Shown: positions 52,946 to 62,931 of the stretch, in pieces
Layout of the letters: each line of letters begins with the position of its first letter
Position numbering within the stretch: the stretch's first letter is position 1
Assembly: GCA_038874435.1 (NCBI GenBank)
Contig: JAVZCK010000006.1
Coordinates: forward strand, 37,332 to 101,331
Direction of reading: 5' to 3'
Length of the DNA stretch: 64,000 nt
Origin: Thermoplasmata archaeon
GTDB lineage: Archaea; Thermoplasmatota; Thermoplasmata; Lutacidiplasmatales; SKW197
Notes under the pieces: model-generated
Databases searched by the model: none
What the model saw: the letters and a program-made list of their open reading frames with translations, nothing else
What the model was told of the DNA's origin: nothing
Position numbers and translations under genes: made by a program

Positions 52946-55900
52946 ATGGCTATGGCTGAAAAAACGGATGCAAAGCTGAAGTTATCAGATAGAGTAATAA
53001 TGTGGTGCAACGAGCATGGAACTACAGTGCTTTACCTAGCAACAATATTCTTCATCGGATTGCTGATGCGGGTGTACTTTGCAACTGAACTTATAACACA
53101 GCATGGGCCTCTGTATCTCTACTCAGGAGGCTCGGACTCCTACTACCACTCCAGAGTAATTGAATACATTGTTGCCAATAAACACCACCTTGTTCTCGAC
53201 ACAATGTTAAACTATCCCACTGGTGCAATTAACCCAAGGGCACCATTGTTTGACTGGATGGTTGCTGTACTTGGCACTGTTCTCGCTCCGTTATTCGGAG
53301 GAGATGCGGTGCTTGCTGCCGCCTATGTGCTGGTTTACATTGCACCTATCTGGGGCTCCCTATGCATCTTCCCACTCTACTTTCTTACCAAAGACATTTT
53401 TGGAAGAAAAACTGCTCTGCTCTCAGTGTTCCTTCTCACATTCATGGAGGCACAGGTGGAGAGGAGCATTGCTACTTTTGGTAACTATCTCCCATTCTAC
53501 ATGTTCATGGTACTCACAATACTCTTCTTCTATGTTCGAACTATAAAAATGGTAGGAAGCCATAGATGGGTTAGTTCCTGGCAAAGCAGAGAGGAAATTG
53601 GAAAAGGACTGAAAGCATTTTTCAGAAATGAGAAAAGAGCTCTGCTCTATAGCGTGATGACTGGCGTGGCTTTCGGCGCTACCTCCATGGCATGGCAGGG
53701 TTTCACATATATGGAAGCAATCTTGCTCATCTATCTCTTTGCTCAGATTCTCCTCAATCATATTAGAAAGGTTGACTCTACAGGCGTATATATTGTTACG
53801 ATGGTAGCAATGGGCGTTGGTTTCCTCCTCGCATTTCCATACTACTATGGTGACCAACTCATCCCAATCTGGTTTGATGTGCCTGTTTACCTTTACATTG
53901 GAGCTGCTGTACTTGGATTTATCTTCGTATCCTCCAGAGATGTTCCATGGATTATTGTGTTCCCTGCAGTAGGTGTCCTCCTCGGTGTCATAGCCCTCTC
54001 TGTTTATTTAATAAACCCTGGATATTTCGAAATAATCGTCTCAGGACAGGGTTACTTCGTCAAAACCAAAGTTTATTCCACTGTTGCAGAGGCGCAGGCA
54101 CCTGACTTCAGTCGGGTGGTTCTGGCATTTGGTGCGGCAACTACATTTCTTGGTGTGCTTGGACTTGGATATCTCCTTTATAAAACCTACAAATCCTGGC
54201 GAATGGACTATATCTTCTTCGCAACATTCAGCACAATGTCAGTGTACCTTGCATCTACTGCAGGTAAGTTCACATTCCTCGGCTCTCCAATGTTTTCGGT
54301 GCTTTCTGCATGGTTCATTCTCCTCCTTATTAACATAGCCAATTTCTCAGAGATGCAAAAGACATTTGCGGGCACAATTGGTGGAGGACTCTGGAATGCT
54401 CTGAAAAAAAGTGTGAAGGTCACCCACGTAGTTGTGGTCCTCTTCATAGCATTCCTTGTAATTTTCCCGAATATCTGGTTTGCGGTGGATGCTTCCATAC
54501 CGTATGAAACCAAGCGAAAGTTTGATAAGCAGGTCTATGAGGCCATGCCAGATTTTGCAAAGCCCACAGATTATGACAAAGTTAATGGTTCTTACAAGTA
54601 TTTTGGTGCCTTTGGCTTCTCTGTGCCTTTGCCGTCATCTTACTGGCCCGATGCCTACAAGTGGCTTTCCAAGCAGGATATAAATGATACGCCAGATAAA
54701 AGGCCTGCCTTCGTAAGCTGGTGGGACTATGGATTTGAGGCCGTAGATGTAGGACATCATCCAACTGTAGCAGATAACTTCCAGAATGGAATTCCAATAG
54801 CAGGAAATTTCCTAATGGCTCAAAATGAAAGCCAGGGTATCTCCCTCATGATTGCACACCTTCTCTATGCATGGTACTACAAGGACAAAACCAAGTGTGA
54901 AGAAATATTCAAAGCAATTGAGGATGCGGGTGTGGACATAGCACCAGTAAAGGCACGATTGAATGACCCAAAAGGCACAGTGAAAATTGTGTTAGACAAC
55001 CCAAGCGTCTTCGGTCCTAGATCGGCCGACCTGAATGTTCACAATGCATACTATACCTGGATGTCTGTCTATCTTCTAAGCAATTTAAACTTGAGACAGC
55101 TATCAGAACTTTACAATGTGGTTATGGACATTACTGGCAACAGAATATATTACTTTGCAGTTGACTCAAGGTTGTTCCCCTTCTCAGGGACCAATACAGG
55201 CATCTTCTATGCTCCTGCCAAACTATCAGACCAACGAATGAAGGGCAGAGGCGAGTCCGTACCCTATGATTATTACAATCTGAAAGCAATCAGTGAGTAT
55301 GGTGGAGAATATGAGCTTGACGAAATTCCTGCTGGGGTTAGAATTGTTAACTATAAGATAGAATACAAGGATATGTTCTACAATTCTATGCTATACAGAA
55401 TTTATGTAGGTTATAGTGGAAAGGACATTGGTATGGGCGATGGAATTCCTTCACTCACTTCTGGGTTCGAAAATTATCAGAGAATGCCTGGCTGGAACAT
55501 GACGCATTTTAGAGTAGTGTATCTCACTGCCTACTGGAACCCGTACAAGGACTATCAGAATCACACCGATGCATGGAGAGCAATAAACTATGAGGAGGCC
55601 TACCAGAAGCAACTTAGTGGCGAAGGTGTTGTAGATCTAAATTCCAGAAGCAGCATAGGTCAGAGCGTGGCGATGATAAAGTACTTCCCGGGTGCGTTCT
55701 TCAATGGAACTTTGAAATTACCAGATGGTAGGATTGCTAAAGGACTCAGAATCACTGTGCAGGATGAATACGGGATTCCACATATGAGCACTATAACAGG
55801 GGATGATGGTAAGTATAACCTTATTTTACCATTTGGAAACATAAGCATTTTAGTAACTACTGGTGGCGAACTAAACAAGCAATCCATGACAGAGCGTATC

Positions 55901-58900
55901 CAGGTAGCAAGAATGACACTAAACATCTCCCAGGATGCGGCATACAGAAAGAATGTAGACAGTGACAGAGATGGGGTCTGGGATTATATTATCAATCGAG
56001 ACATTGAGGTTGCACCTGCAACAATCAAAGGCACAGTTTACTGGGATAATGACAACAGCGGGAGTTATTCCTCAACTTCGGATACTGTGATTCCCAATGC
56101 AAAGGTCTACTTTGTAAGAAATGAGACAAATGATACTTACACTGTGACCACGGATGCAAGTGGCACCTACATTATCAATAATATCACTCCTGGAAGCTAC
56201 AATGTCTCCGCAGTGGTTGACACCTACAAGACGATAACTCTGACCACAGAGGGAAAACCTAACGAACAGGTAACAGCAGACATAGGAATACAACCTGGCA
56301 AAATAGATGGAAATGTCTCGCTTGGAGAAAAAAAGATGGCTAATGTGACTGTAGCGCTAAAGCGTGAAAATGGCACAGTTACTACCACAACTTCAAATGA
56401 AACAGGCGAATTTGAATTTGAGCACCTACTGCCCGGAAATTACACCCTCTACATAGATGACCCTGAGTATGTGTCAGAGAAGATTGAAATCACACTTAAT
56501 CAAGGTGAGCGTTCAACGCAAGCGCTCCAGATATTCGAAGCAGCAAAAGTGAAAGGAAAGCTGAAAATCGGAAATGCACCAGCAAGCTATGCAAGCGTGA
56601 GATTCATAAACCTAGACAACAGGAAATTGAGTGATACTGTAGTTGCTAATGCCAATGGAGAGTTCAATCTTTCTCTACCAACAGGTTTCATGTATTCTGT
56701 TTATGCTCTCATGATGAAAGGCAATGACAGATACACCCAGTTTACAAGCTTTATTTTGGAAAACGACATGGAAATTGTTCTAAACCTTCAAAAGGCAGTG
56801 AAAATCTATGGAGAGGTGAAGTCAAAACCTACAAATGAAATCATGTATGGCTACACGATGCAGATAGACAGGGGCAATGAAAAACTCTGGTTCTTCACAA
56901 ATTACTCTGGTTATTATGAAATTTATCTACCACCAGGCACTTACGAGTTGAAGAATCTTGCATGGATTACGGGCGTAAATTGGACTTATCTTGAGAAACG
57001 AACAATCTACGCAGACACAGAATGGAATGTTGCAGTAGTTGATGGTGATGCCTACAACGGAAGGGTTTACTACGATGCGAATGAAAACGGTGTACACGAT
57101 GCAGGCGAGGAAATTGCAAATGCTAGAGTATTCCTCTACGATGAAAATAAAAACAGCATTTACACGAAAACAGGTGATGACGGAATGTTCCGTGCCAATA
57201 TACCAAAAGATAGAACATACACAATGAAAGTGTTGGCTGATGAATTCAATCCACGGGAATTCTCACCAATGAAGTTTGCAGAACTTCCAGGAGAAATTGC
57301 ACTCATCCCAGTGAATGTCTCAATTTTAGGCAACATAAAATTCCTGAATTTCGTAGATGAAAACATTTCTGTATCGCTCACTGGTGGGATGGGCAACAAA
57401 ACATATCACATAAACACCAGCCAAAGCACGAATTTCACACTTACAGTAGCACCTGGCAATTACAATGTCCGAATTACATATCAAACCCAGGAAGTAAATG
57501 AAAATGACACTAGATATGTTGTTGAGGGGAACACAGAATTTAACACAAACTTAAACAGAAAAGTAAATCTCACTGTTAAAAAAGAAGTCAAGATAACTGC
57601 AAATCTTTCTCTCATTGATGGCACAACTCTCAACGCTGTAGTTAAACTTACGAACCGCTCAAATGAAATGACAGTGGATACGACAGCTGACGAGTTAAAA
57701 GACGGAGAATTTGTGCCGGTTGGAGAATGGAATGTGGAATGCATAGGAGAAAGAGGAGAACTCCATTATGCATCTATTACCCAGATTGAGGTTACAAAAC
57801 CAGCACATTTCGACTTCACCCTTTATCCTGCTCATAGAGTCAATGTGAAAGTAGAGCATGACGGAGAGGGTGTAAGTTATATCCAACTGATGGCAACTGT
57901 TGATGAAATTACTCTTCAGAAAACTACGGACATAGGCGGGAATGCAGAATTCACAGTGCCTGCAAACAAATCAGTGAAATTCTGGGTAGATTACACAGGC
58001 ACTGAAACTATTTCTAGCTTAAACAGAACTGTTCACTACGAAGGCAACAACACCACAGTAGCAAATGCTGACAAGACGGTGATTGTTGAAGTCACAAAGG
58101 AAATCCATAGCAGAATTCTTTCTGGAAACGTGGTTTACGAAGGGCAGAGGATGCTATCTGGCTATGTGGAATTCGTGTCAGATGCCACCGCACAAAAGTT
58201 TAGAACAGAAATTATAAACAGCAGTTTCAGCATTGAACTGCCTGCAGACACATATAATGTGTATGCATACGCACAAGATTACGCAATGGACTATGTGAAT
58301 TGCACAAAGGTTCTTGTTAAGGAAGACAGTGAAACCCAACTCACTCTTGCGCTTGTGAAAGGTTACCGACTCAACGTACATGTAACAACTGAAACAAGTG
58401 CAGAAAAGACCTTGAAGATAACCACGCCTGAATGGAAATATGAGCTTGCTACCCTCGACACCGAATTCAGTGTTATTTTGCCTGGTGGTGAATATAAGCT
58501 AAGGACATCGCAATTCGGCTATGACAACGGAATGCGAGTTGAATACGCTGACGAGAAAACGGTGACAATCTACAACACCACAACTGCGGTCTATCTTTCA
58601 CCTCAGAAAGTTGTGATTCGTGCCCTTGAAATCACATGGAATGAAATAGAACATGCCGTGATGGACCAGAACGATACCCGAGTGTTCAGTTTGATTGTTA
58701 AAAATCTAGGAAATGTAGAAGACAAGGTATCACTCACGGGCTCTCCTGTGGATTGGAGATTCAATTTCAGCGATAACAACTTTGCTATCGGTTATGGCTC
58801 TGGAAATAACACAAAGAGAATAGAGGTCTATGTGACTACACCAGATGATGCTAAAGTAAACCATCCACCAGTAATAATTACTGCCATCTCCATGCTAGAT

Positions 58901-59455
58901 TCGTCGGTCTCAACATCCACTCAAATCAGAATAGAGGTTTTGGAAAAACGTGCCTGTGCATTGCTTGAAGGAACTAATTATAAGTTTGAAAACGGTTCTC
59001 TTGCATTCGACATTCAGGTAAAGAACACCGGAAATACTCTGGACACATTCCACTTAACAATTATTAATGCCAATGAAATCGCTGCACTTGGCTGGACACC
59101 AAAAATTTATGTGGGTGAACGTGAGGTAAACAAAACTAGCGAAATAGAGCCGAATGCTACAACCACACTTACTATTCGCCTTACACCAGGACAGGGTGCG
59201 ATGCCGATAGTTACAAGAGCTTCTGTTAAACTCTATGCAATTTCTGAAACAAAGAAAGGTGATACAGCAACGGCCGAATATAGAATCCCAGTTTCAAACT
59301 TTACAATGAGTGCTGATGAATTTTCTGCAGCAGGAGAGAGGATTTCAATGAAGCCAGAAACCGTGGATTACTCTCCATACATTTGGGCAACCGCAATAAT
59401 AATAATCGTGTTGCTTGCAATTCTGGTTTACTACAGATGGGGGGTGGTAAGGTGA
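52946..59455 (+). CDS. aglB: archaeal oligosaccharyltransferase AglB (STT3 family), giant 2169-aa form with ~1400-aa C-terminal repeat extension
   Basis: The N-terminal 13-TM region carries the acceptor-binding 'FVSWWDYGFEAV' (WWDYG motif) after the last TM. The C-terminal region contains repeated CarboxypepD_reg/Cna-B-like modules ('GTVYWDNDNSGSY...', 'GNVSLGEKKMANVTVALKRENGTVTTTTSNETGEFEFEHLLPGNYTLY', 'GRVYYDANENGVHDAGEEIANARVFLYDEN...') and ends in a TM anchor 'IWATAIIIIVLLAILVYY'. Confidence 0.9.
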   Translation: MAMAEKTDAKLKLSDRVIMWCNEHGTTVLYLATIFFIGLLMRVYFATELITQHGPLYLYSGGSDSYYHSRVIEYIVANKHHLVLDTMLNYPTGAINPRAPLFDWMVAVLGTVLAPLFGGDAVLAAAYVLVYIAPIWGSLCIFPLYFLTKDIFGRKTALLSVFLLTFMEAQVERSIATFGNYLPFYMFMVLTILFFYVRTIKMVGSHRWVSSWQSREEIGKGLKAFFRNEKRALLYSVMTGVAFGATSMAWQGFTYMEAILLIYLFAQILLNHIRKVDSTGVYIVTMVAMGVGFLLAFPYYYGDQLIPIWFDVPVYLYIGAAVLGFIFVSSRDVPWIIVFPAVGVLLGVIALSVYLINPGYFEIIVSGQGYFVKTKVYSTVAEAQAPDFSRVVLAFGAATTFLGVLGLGYLLYKTYKSWRMDYIFFATFSTMSVYLASTAGKFTFLGSPMFSVLSAWFILLLINIANFSEMQKTFAGTIGGGLWNALKKSVKVTHVVVVLFIAFLVIFPNIWFAVDASIPYETKRKFDKQVYEAMPDFAKPTDYDKVNGSYKYFGAFGFSVPLPSSYWPDAYKWLSKQDINDTPDKRPAFVSWWDYGFEAVDVGHHPTVADNFQNGIPIAGNFLMAQNESQGISLMIAHLLYAWYYKDKTKCEEIFKAIEDAGVDIAPVKARLNDPKGTVKIVLDNPSVFGPRSADLNVHNAYYTWMSVYLLSNLNLRQLSELYNVVMDITGNRIYYFAVDSRLFPFSGTNTGIFYAPAKLSDQRMKGRGESVPYDYYNLKAISEYGGEYELDEIPAGVRIVNYKIEYKDMFYNSMLYRIYVGYSGKDIGMGDGIPSLTSGFENYQRMPGWNMTHFRVVYLTAYWNPYKDYQNHTDAWRAINYEEAYQKQLSGEGVVDLNSRSSIGQSVAMIKYFPGAFFNGTLKLPDGRIAKGLRITVQDEYGIPHMSTITGDDGKYNLILPFGNISILVTTGGELNKQSMTERIQVARMTLNISQDAAYRKNVDSDRDGVWDYIINRDIEVAPATIKGTVYWDNDNSGSYSSTSDTVIPNAKVYFVRNETNDTYTVTTDASGTYIINNITPGSYNVSAVVDTYKTITLTTEGKPNEQVTADIGIQPGKIDGNVSLGEKKMANVTVALKRENGTVTTTTSNETGEFEFEHLLPGNYTLYIDDPEYVSEKIEITLNQGERSTQALQIFEAAKVKGKLKIGNAPASYASVRFINLDNRKLSDTVVANANGEFNLSLPTGFMYSVYALMMKGNDRYTQFTSFILENDMEIVLNLQKAVKIYGEVKSKPTNEIMYGYTMQIDRGNEKLWFFTNYSGYYEIYLPPGTYELKNLAWITGVNWTYLEKRTIYADTEWNVAVVDGDAYNGRVYYDANENGVHDAGEEIANARVFLYDENKNSIYTKTGDDGMFRANIPKDRTYTMKVLADEFNPREFSPMKFAELPGEIALIPVNVSILGNIKFLNFVDENISVSLTGGMGNKTYHINTSQSTNFTLTVAPGNYNVRITYQTQEVNENDTRYVVEGNTEFNTNLNRKVNLTVKKEVKITANLSLIDGTTLNAVVKLTNRSNEMTVDTTADELKDGEFVPVGEWNVECIGERGELHYASITQIEVTKPAHFDFTLYPAHRVNVKVEHDGEGVSYIQLMATVDEITLQKTTDIGGNAEFTVPANKSVKFWVDYTGTETISSLNRTVHYEGNNTTVANADKTVIVEVTKEIHSRILSGNVVYEGQRMLSGYVEFVSDATAQKFRTEIINSSFSIELPADTYNVYAYAQDYAMDYVNCTKVLVKEDSETQLTLALVKGYRLNVHVTTETSAEKTLKITTPEWKYELATLDTEFSVILPGGEYKLRTSQFGYDNGMRVEYADEKTVTIYNTTTAVYLSPQKVVIRALEITWNEIEHAVMDQNDTRVFSLIVKNLGNVEDKVSLTGSPVDWRFNFSDNNFAIGYGSGNNTKRIEVYVTTPDDAKVNHPPVIITAISMLDSSVSTSTQIRIEVLEKRACALLEGTNYKFENGSLAFDIQVKNTGNTLDTFHLTIINANEIAALGWTPKIYVGEREVNKTSEIEPNATTTLTIRLTPGQGAMPIVTRASVKLYAISETKKGDTATAEYRIPVSNFTMSADEFSAAGERISMKPETVDYSPYIWATAIIIIVLLAILVYYRWGVVR

Positions 59456-60240
59456 AGCCTGTTGCACTTCTTTCGATTTCCATGCTTTTGACAGCTCTTC
59501 TTTTCCCTCTATCTTCAGTAACACATGCAGCAGCCCAGGGCTATGAGCCTGTGAGAGTAGTTATCTCTGGCCCAGACACTGTAGGTGTTAAAGAGGTTCG
59601 CACCTACTACATCAACATCACAGGTGGTCCAGCAACACTGGGTGGGAATTATTCTTACAAGGCAGTGATAAAGGGAGAAAATACTACTGGAGCCTATGTC
59701 ACTCCTGCAGAAGGCAACAACACGGAAGGCAATTTTGAAGTAAATGTTACAATGCCTGAAAAGGCACAGCGACTCACGCTTGAGGTAAATGCCACCTCCT
59801 CTCACGAAGGCATAGACAAGTCGGTGGTAAAGGCATTCACCATAGAAGTAGTAAACCCATACACCTTCAAAGCTACAATAAAGAACTCTGGAAACATTGA
59901 TGTCTATGGTTGCCAGATTGATGTGCTGATTGACGGAGTTAAAATTACAGAATTTAAGGTTGACATTCCAAAGAACTCCACATATACCTTTGAATATAAC
60001 TACACTGGCAAAATAGAACAACCAGGGTGGCACACAGCAAAATTCGTGATAAAGAATGGATACGGGATGCTCTACTTCGAAAATGCCAGTGAAGAAATTT
60101 CGTTCTCCTTCTACAAGGCGCCACCCCCATTACCAAAATGGCTTCCGCTTGCAATTGCCCTTATCCTTATCCCTGTGGTAAGTATTATAATCCTCCTCCT
60201 TTTAGGAAGGAGAAAAAAAGGAAGTGGTAAAAAATGGTAG
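59437..60240 (+). CDS. secreted Ig-like/beta-sandwich surface protein with C-terminal TM anchor and basic tail
   Basis: Signal 'VKPVALLSISMLLTALLFPLSSVTHAAA'. C-terminal 'PPPLPKWLPLAIALILIPVVSIIILLLLGRRKKGSGKKW'. The start overlaps the AglB stop (an ATG at 59437, or a GTG at 59452 in the GTGA overlap). Confidence 0.5.
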   Translation: MGGGKVKPVALLSISMLLTALLFPLSSVTHAAAQGYEPVRVVISGPDTVGVKEVRTYYINITGGPATLGGNYSYKAVIKGENTTGAYVTPAEGNNTEGNFEVNVTMPEKAQRLTLEVNATSSHEGIDKSVVKAFTIEVVNPYTFKATIKNSGNIDVYGCQIDVLIDGVKITEFKVDIPKNSTYTFEYNYTGKIEQPGWHTAKFVIKNGYGMLYFENASEEISFSFYKAPPPLPKWLPLAIALILIPVVSIIILLLLGRRKKGSGKKW

Positions 60241-60398
60241 AAATCGCGTGTGTCTCCTGTGGAACAAGATCGCTCCAGAAAGGTGCGGTGAAATTCAAGT
60301 GTCCGGCTTGCGGAAAGGTAGAAATCTGGCGATGTGAAGAATGTAGAAACCAGAGCAGGGCATACACATGCAGAGAATGTGGATTTACTGGACCTTGA
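60234..60398 (+). CDS. small Zn-ribbon protein (COG2888-like, translation-associated), 54 aa; absent from the ORF track
   Basis: Translation is MVEIACVSCGTRSLQKGAVKFKCPACGKVEIWRCEECRNQSRAYTCRECGFTGP. It has four CxxC pairs. ATGGTAG overlap with the upstream stop. It lies directly upstream of aEF-1beta, as in many archaeal genomes. Confidence 0.6.
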   Translation: MVEIACVSCGTRSLQKGAVKFKCPACGKVEIWRCEECRNQSRAYTCRECGFTGP

Positions 60399-60407
60399 GG
60401 TGAAAAT

Positions 60408-60674
60408 ATGGGAAATGTATCAGTAATATATCGGGTGCTTCCCCAAGATGTGGAAGTAAACATCGAGAAAATAATGGAAGAAGTAAAAAATGTGATGCCA
60501 AAGGATGTTACCCTGAGAGGCATGCAAGTGAAGGATGTGGCCTTCGGACTCAGAGAGGTACTCGTTGCTGTAGTTATGAAAGATGAAGGAGGAAAAAGCG
60601 ACGAAGTTGAAAAATTACTGAGTTCCATTCCTGGCGTTGGCTCTGTAGATGTTCTAGACCTTACCCTTGTGTGA
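60408..60674 (+). CDS. ef1b: translation elongation factor aEF-1 beta
   Basis: 88 aa. 'VIYRVLPQDVEVNIEKIMEEVK...VAFGLREVLVAVVMKDEGGKSDEVEKLLSSIPGVGSVDV' matches the archaeal EF-1beta length and pattern. RBS 'gaggtgaaaatATG'. Confidence 0.85.
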   Translation: MGNVSVIYRVLPQDVEVNIEKIMEEVKNVMPKDVTLRGMQVKDVAFGLREVLVAVVMKDEGGKSDEVEKLLSSIPGVGSVDVLDLTLV

Positions 60675-60683
60675 GGTGAAAAA

Positions 60684-60917
60684 ATGGGCAGGATTAGGCA
60701 GACATATATAAAAAGGGTGGCTATTGAACTGATTTCCAAACATGGAGATCAATTCACTGGCGATTTTTATCACAATAGGGAAAAGGTGAAAGAGCTTACA
60801 GACCTTGTAGTCAGGGATGGAGACAAAGAAAAAATTCTTTACAAGCAAATGCTAAACAGAATTGCTGGCTATGTGACAAGATACAAAAAGCGAAAGAGAC
60901 ACAGCGTTCTCGGCTGA
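60684..60917 (+). CDS. rps17e: 30S ribosomal protein S17e
   Basis: 'MGRIRQTYIKRVAIELISKHGDQFTGDFYHNREKV...NRIAGYVTRYKKR' is the S17e signature (MGR.R...IKR.A..L......FT.DF..NK...NRIAGY.TR). RBS 'gaggtgaaaaaATG'. Confidence 0.85.
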   Translation: MGRIRQTYIKRVAIELISKHGDQFTGDFYHNREKVKELTDLVVRDGDKEKILYKQMLNRIAGYVTRYKKRKRHSVLG

Positions 60918-60965
60918 GTTTGTTTCTTTTTTCATACCACATTTTTCTGTTTTTTTCTTATTCTT
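60918..60965. terminator. bidirectional T-rich terminator region between convergent rps17e and ABC permease genes
   Basis: 'tgagtttgtttcttttttcataccacatttttctgtttttttcttattc' contains multiple oligo-T runs, the archaeal termination signal. Confidence 0.35.
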
Positions 60966-62121
60966 TTCGTCGCAATAACATCGTGCTCCCTGCAAGTGTA
61001 ATAGCTGCGAACGCAAGTAGAACACAGATTTCAAGCCAAACATCACCGATACCGAGTCCTCTCACCATTATCGAGCGTTCTGCATCTATACCGTATCTGA
61101 GCGGAACAAAATAAGAGATAGGTTGAAGGACCTCGGGTATAGATTCCACTGGCCAGAAAAGTCCTGAGAGAAGCACAGAGGGAAAAATGATAAAGGGTAT
61201 AAACTGGATCGCCTGAAGCTCGTTTTTAGCACCTGATGAAAGAAGAATCCCCATTCCCTGATGGCCAACTCCTATAATGAAAAACACAGCAAAAGCAAGA
61301 AGCACATTTCCCTTGATTGTGATTCCGAACAAGAGAATACCTGTGAGCATGATTACACAACTCTGGAGAAGGCAAATAATTCCAAACGCAAGGGCATATC
61401 CAAGCACCACCTCCTCTGCCTTTGCAGGCGTAGCCATAATTCTTTGCAGAGTTCCATTTCTTCGCTCATTCACAAAAAGAATTATTGTTAATATCGTGGT
61501 AACCATCATCACAGCAAACGACATAACACCAGGTGCAAAGTAATCTATGAATTTCGTGTCCTCACTTCCGTAGATGTAATTTCTTTCCAAACCTACTGGA
61601 CTCTTTTGTGTTAGATTCGGGCCAGAAATTTCCTCAACTGCCTTTTTTACCGCTTCACCAAGGGCAGAAAGCACTGCTCCTGTTATTGTAGGATTTGAGC
61701 CATCAAGGTAAACTGTAATTTTTGAACCATTGCCTACACCAGAAGCCGCAGACAAAAACTCATTTGTAAAATTTCCTGGGATGTAAATTAAAGCCCAAGC
61801 CTCTCTATTTTCCACCTGCCTTCTTGCATTCTCAAAATCCTGCTCCACTTTCAGATTCAAAACCTCTCGGTCTATGTTTTTGAAAATTTTATCTGAGAGA
61901 TTAAAGTCCTTATGAGGAAAGAGTGGAAATTGTGTGGAATTCACGCCTGTATCTTCGCTAACAAATACCACGCTCACATTTTGTACTTCTCCTGAAAAAG
62001 TGTAGCCGAAAATGAGAATCATCAGCAAAGGCACAGCTAGAATAAATGCAAATGTTCTCTTATCATGTCTGAATTGGAAAAGAGCTCGTTTTGTAAATAC
62101 TAGAACCCGCTTTGCCTTCAT
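60958..62121 (-). CDS. ABC-2 type transporter permease
   Basis: N-terminal TM, large extracytoplasmic loop, then 5 C-terminal TM helices (ABC2_membrane topology). Overlaps the upstream ATPase gene by 4 nt. Confidence 0.75.
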   Translation of the reverse strand: MKAKRVLVFTKRALFQFRHDKRTFAFILAVPLLMILIFGYTFSGEVQNVSVVFVSEDTGVNSTQFPLFPHKDFNLSDKIFKNIDREVLNLKVEQDFENARRQVENREAWALIYIPGNFTNEFLSAASGVGNGSKITVYLDGSNPTITGAVLSALGEAVKKAVEEISGPNLTQKSPVGLERNYIYGSEDTKFIDYFAPGVMSFAVMMVTTILTIILFVNERRNGTLQRIMATPAKAEEVVLGYALAFGIICLLQSCVIMLTGILLFGITIKGNVLLAFAVFFIIGVGHQGMGILLSSGAKNELQAIQFIPFIIFPSVLLSGLFWPVESIPEVLQPISYFVPLRYGIDAERSIMVRGLGIGDVWLEICVLLAFAAITLAGSTMLLRRKE

Positions 62122-62843
62122 TTTCCCATCCCCCCCGCATAGTGAAGAAATACCTCTTCCAGCCCCTTAACACCAATTTCTGCCTTGAGTTTGTCGGGCT
62201 CCCCTTGTGCGATCAACTTACCGTTTCTCATCATCCCTACCCTGGTGCAATGTTCTGCCTCGTCCATGTAATGGGTGGTAAGAAAAATAGTGGTTCCATC
62301 CTTTTTGAGTTTGTGAAAATATTGCCAGAAGGAAACGCGTAGTTCCGGATCTACCCCTACAGTTGGCTCATCTAGAAACAAAATTTTCGGTTCGTGAATT
62401 AACGCACATGCTAAGCTAAGGCGATGCCGCATTCCGCCACTCAAATTTGTCACTAACACATTCTTCCACTTTGTCAGATTTATAAACTCAAGAAGTTCCT
62501 TTTCCCTCCTCTGGATGTCTGCATTCTCAAGTCCATAAATCTCACCAAACAGCAGAAGATTCTCATGCACTGTGTTATCCAGATAAAGTGCGGTCTCCTG
62601 GGGCATATAGCCCACCTTTTCTCTGTTTTTCCCGGAGGCAACACCACTGCCAAGCACATATGCCTCTCCAGATGTGGGCTTCATTATTCCATTCAAAATC
62701 TTCACAAGGGTGGTCTTACCGGCACCATTTGGTCCGAGCAAGCCGTAAATCTCGCCTGTTTTAACCCTCAAACTGACACAATCGAGGGCCACAAAGCTTC
62801 CGAATCTCTTGCTCAAGCCATCAACTCTTATTGCATCCTTCAT
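62118..62843 (-). CDS. ABC transporter ATP-binding protein
   Basis: Walker A 'GLLGPNGAGKTT', signature 'LSGGMRHRLSLA', Walker B 'ILFLDEPTVGVD', H-loop 'TTHYMDEA'. The ORF-track N-terminal 65 aa (Phe-rich, no similarity) are rejected, so the start is taken at 'MKDAIRVDGL' (62843). Confidence 0.85.
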   Translation of the reverse strand: MKDAIRVDGLSKRFGSFVALDCVSLRVKTGEIYGLLGPNGAGKTTLVKILNGIMKPTSGEAYVLGSGVASGKNREKVGYMPQETALYLDNTVHENLLLFGEIYGLENADIQRREKELLEFINLTKWKNVLVTNLSGGMRHRLSLACALIHEPKILFLDEPTVGVDPELRVSFWQYFHKLKKDGTTIFLTTHYMDEAEHCTRVGMMRNGKLIAQGEPDKLKAEIGVKGLEEVFLHYAGGMGK

Positions 62844-62931
62844 AGTAATGGACAATGGATATAGAGATTTAGAGTTTTTGCATAGAGAAAGGGTTATATC
62901 CTGTTGATATATCAGCCAATATGGTGAAAGA

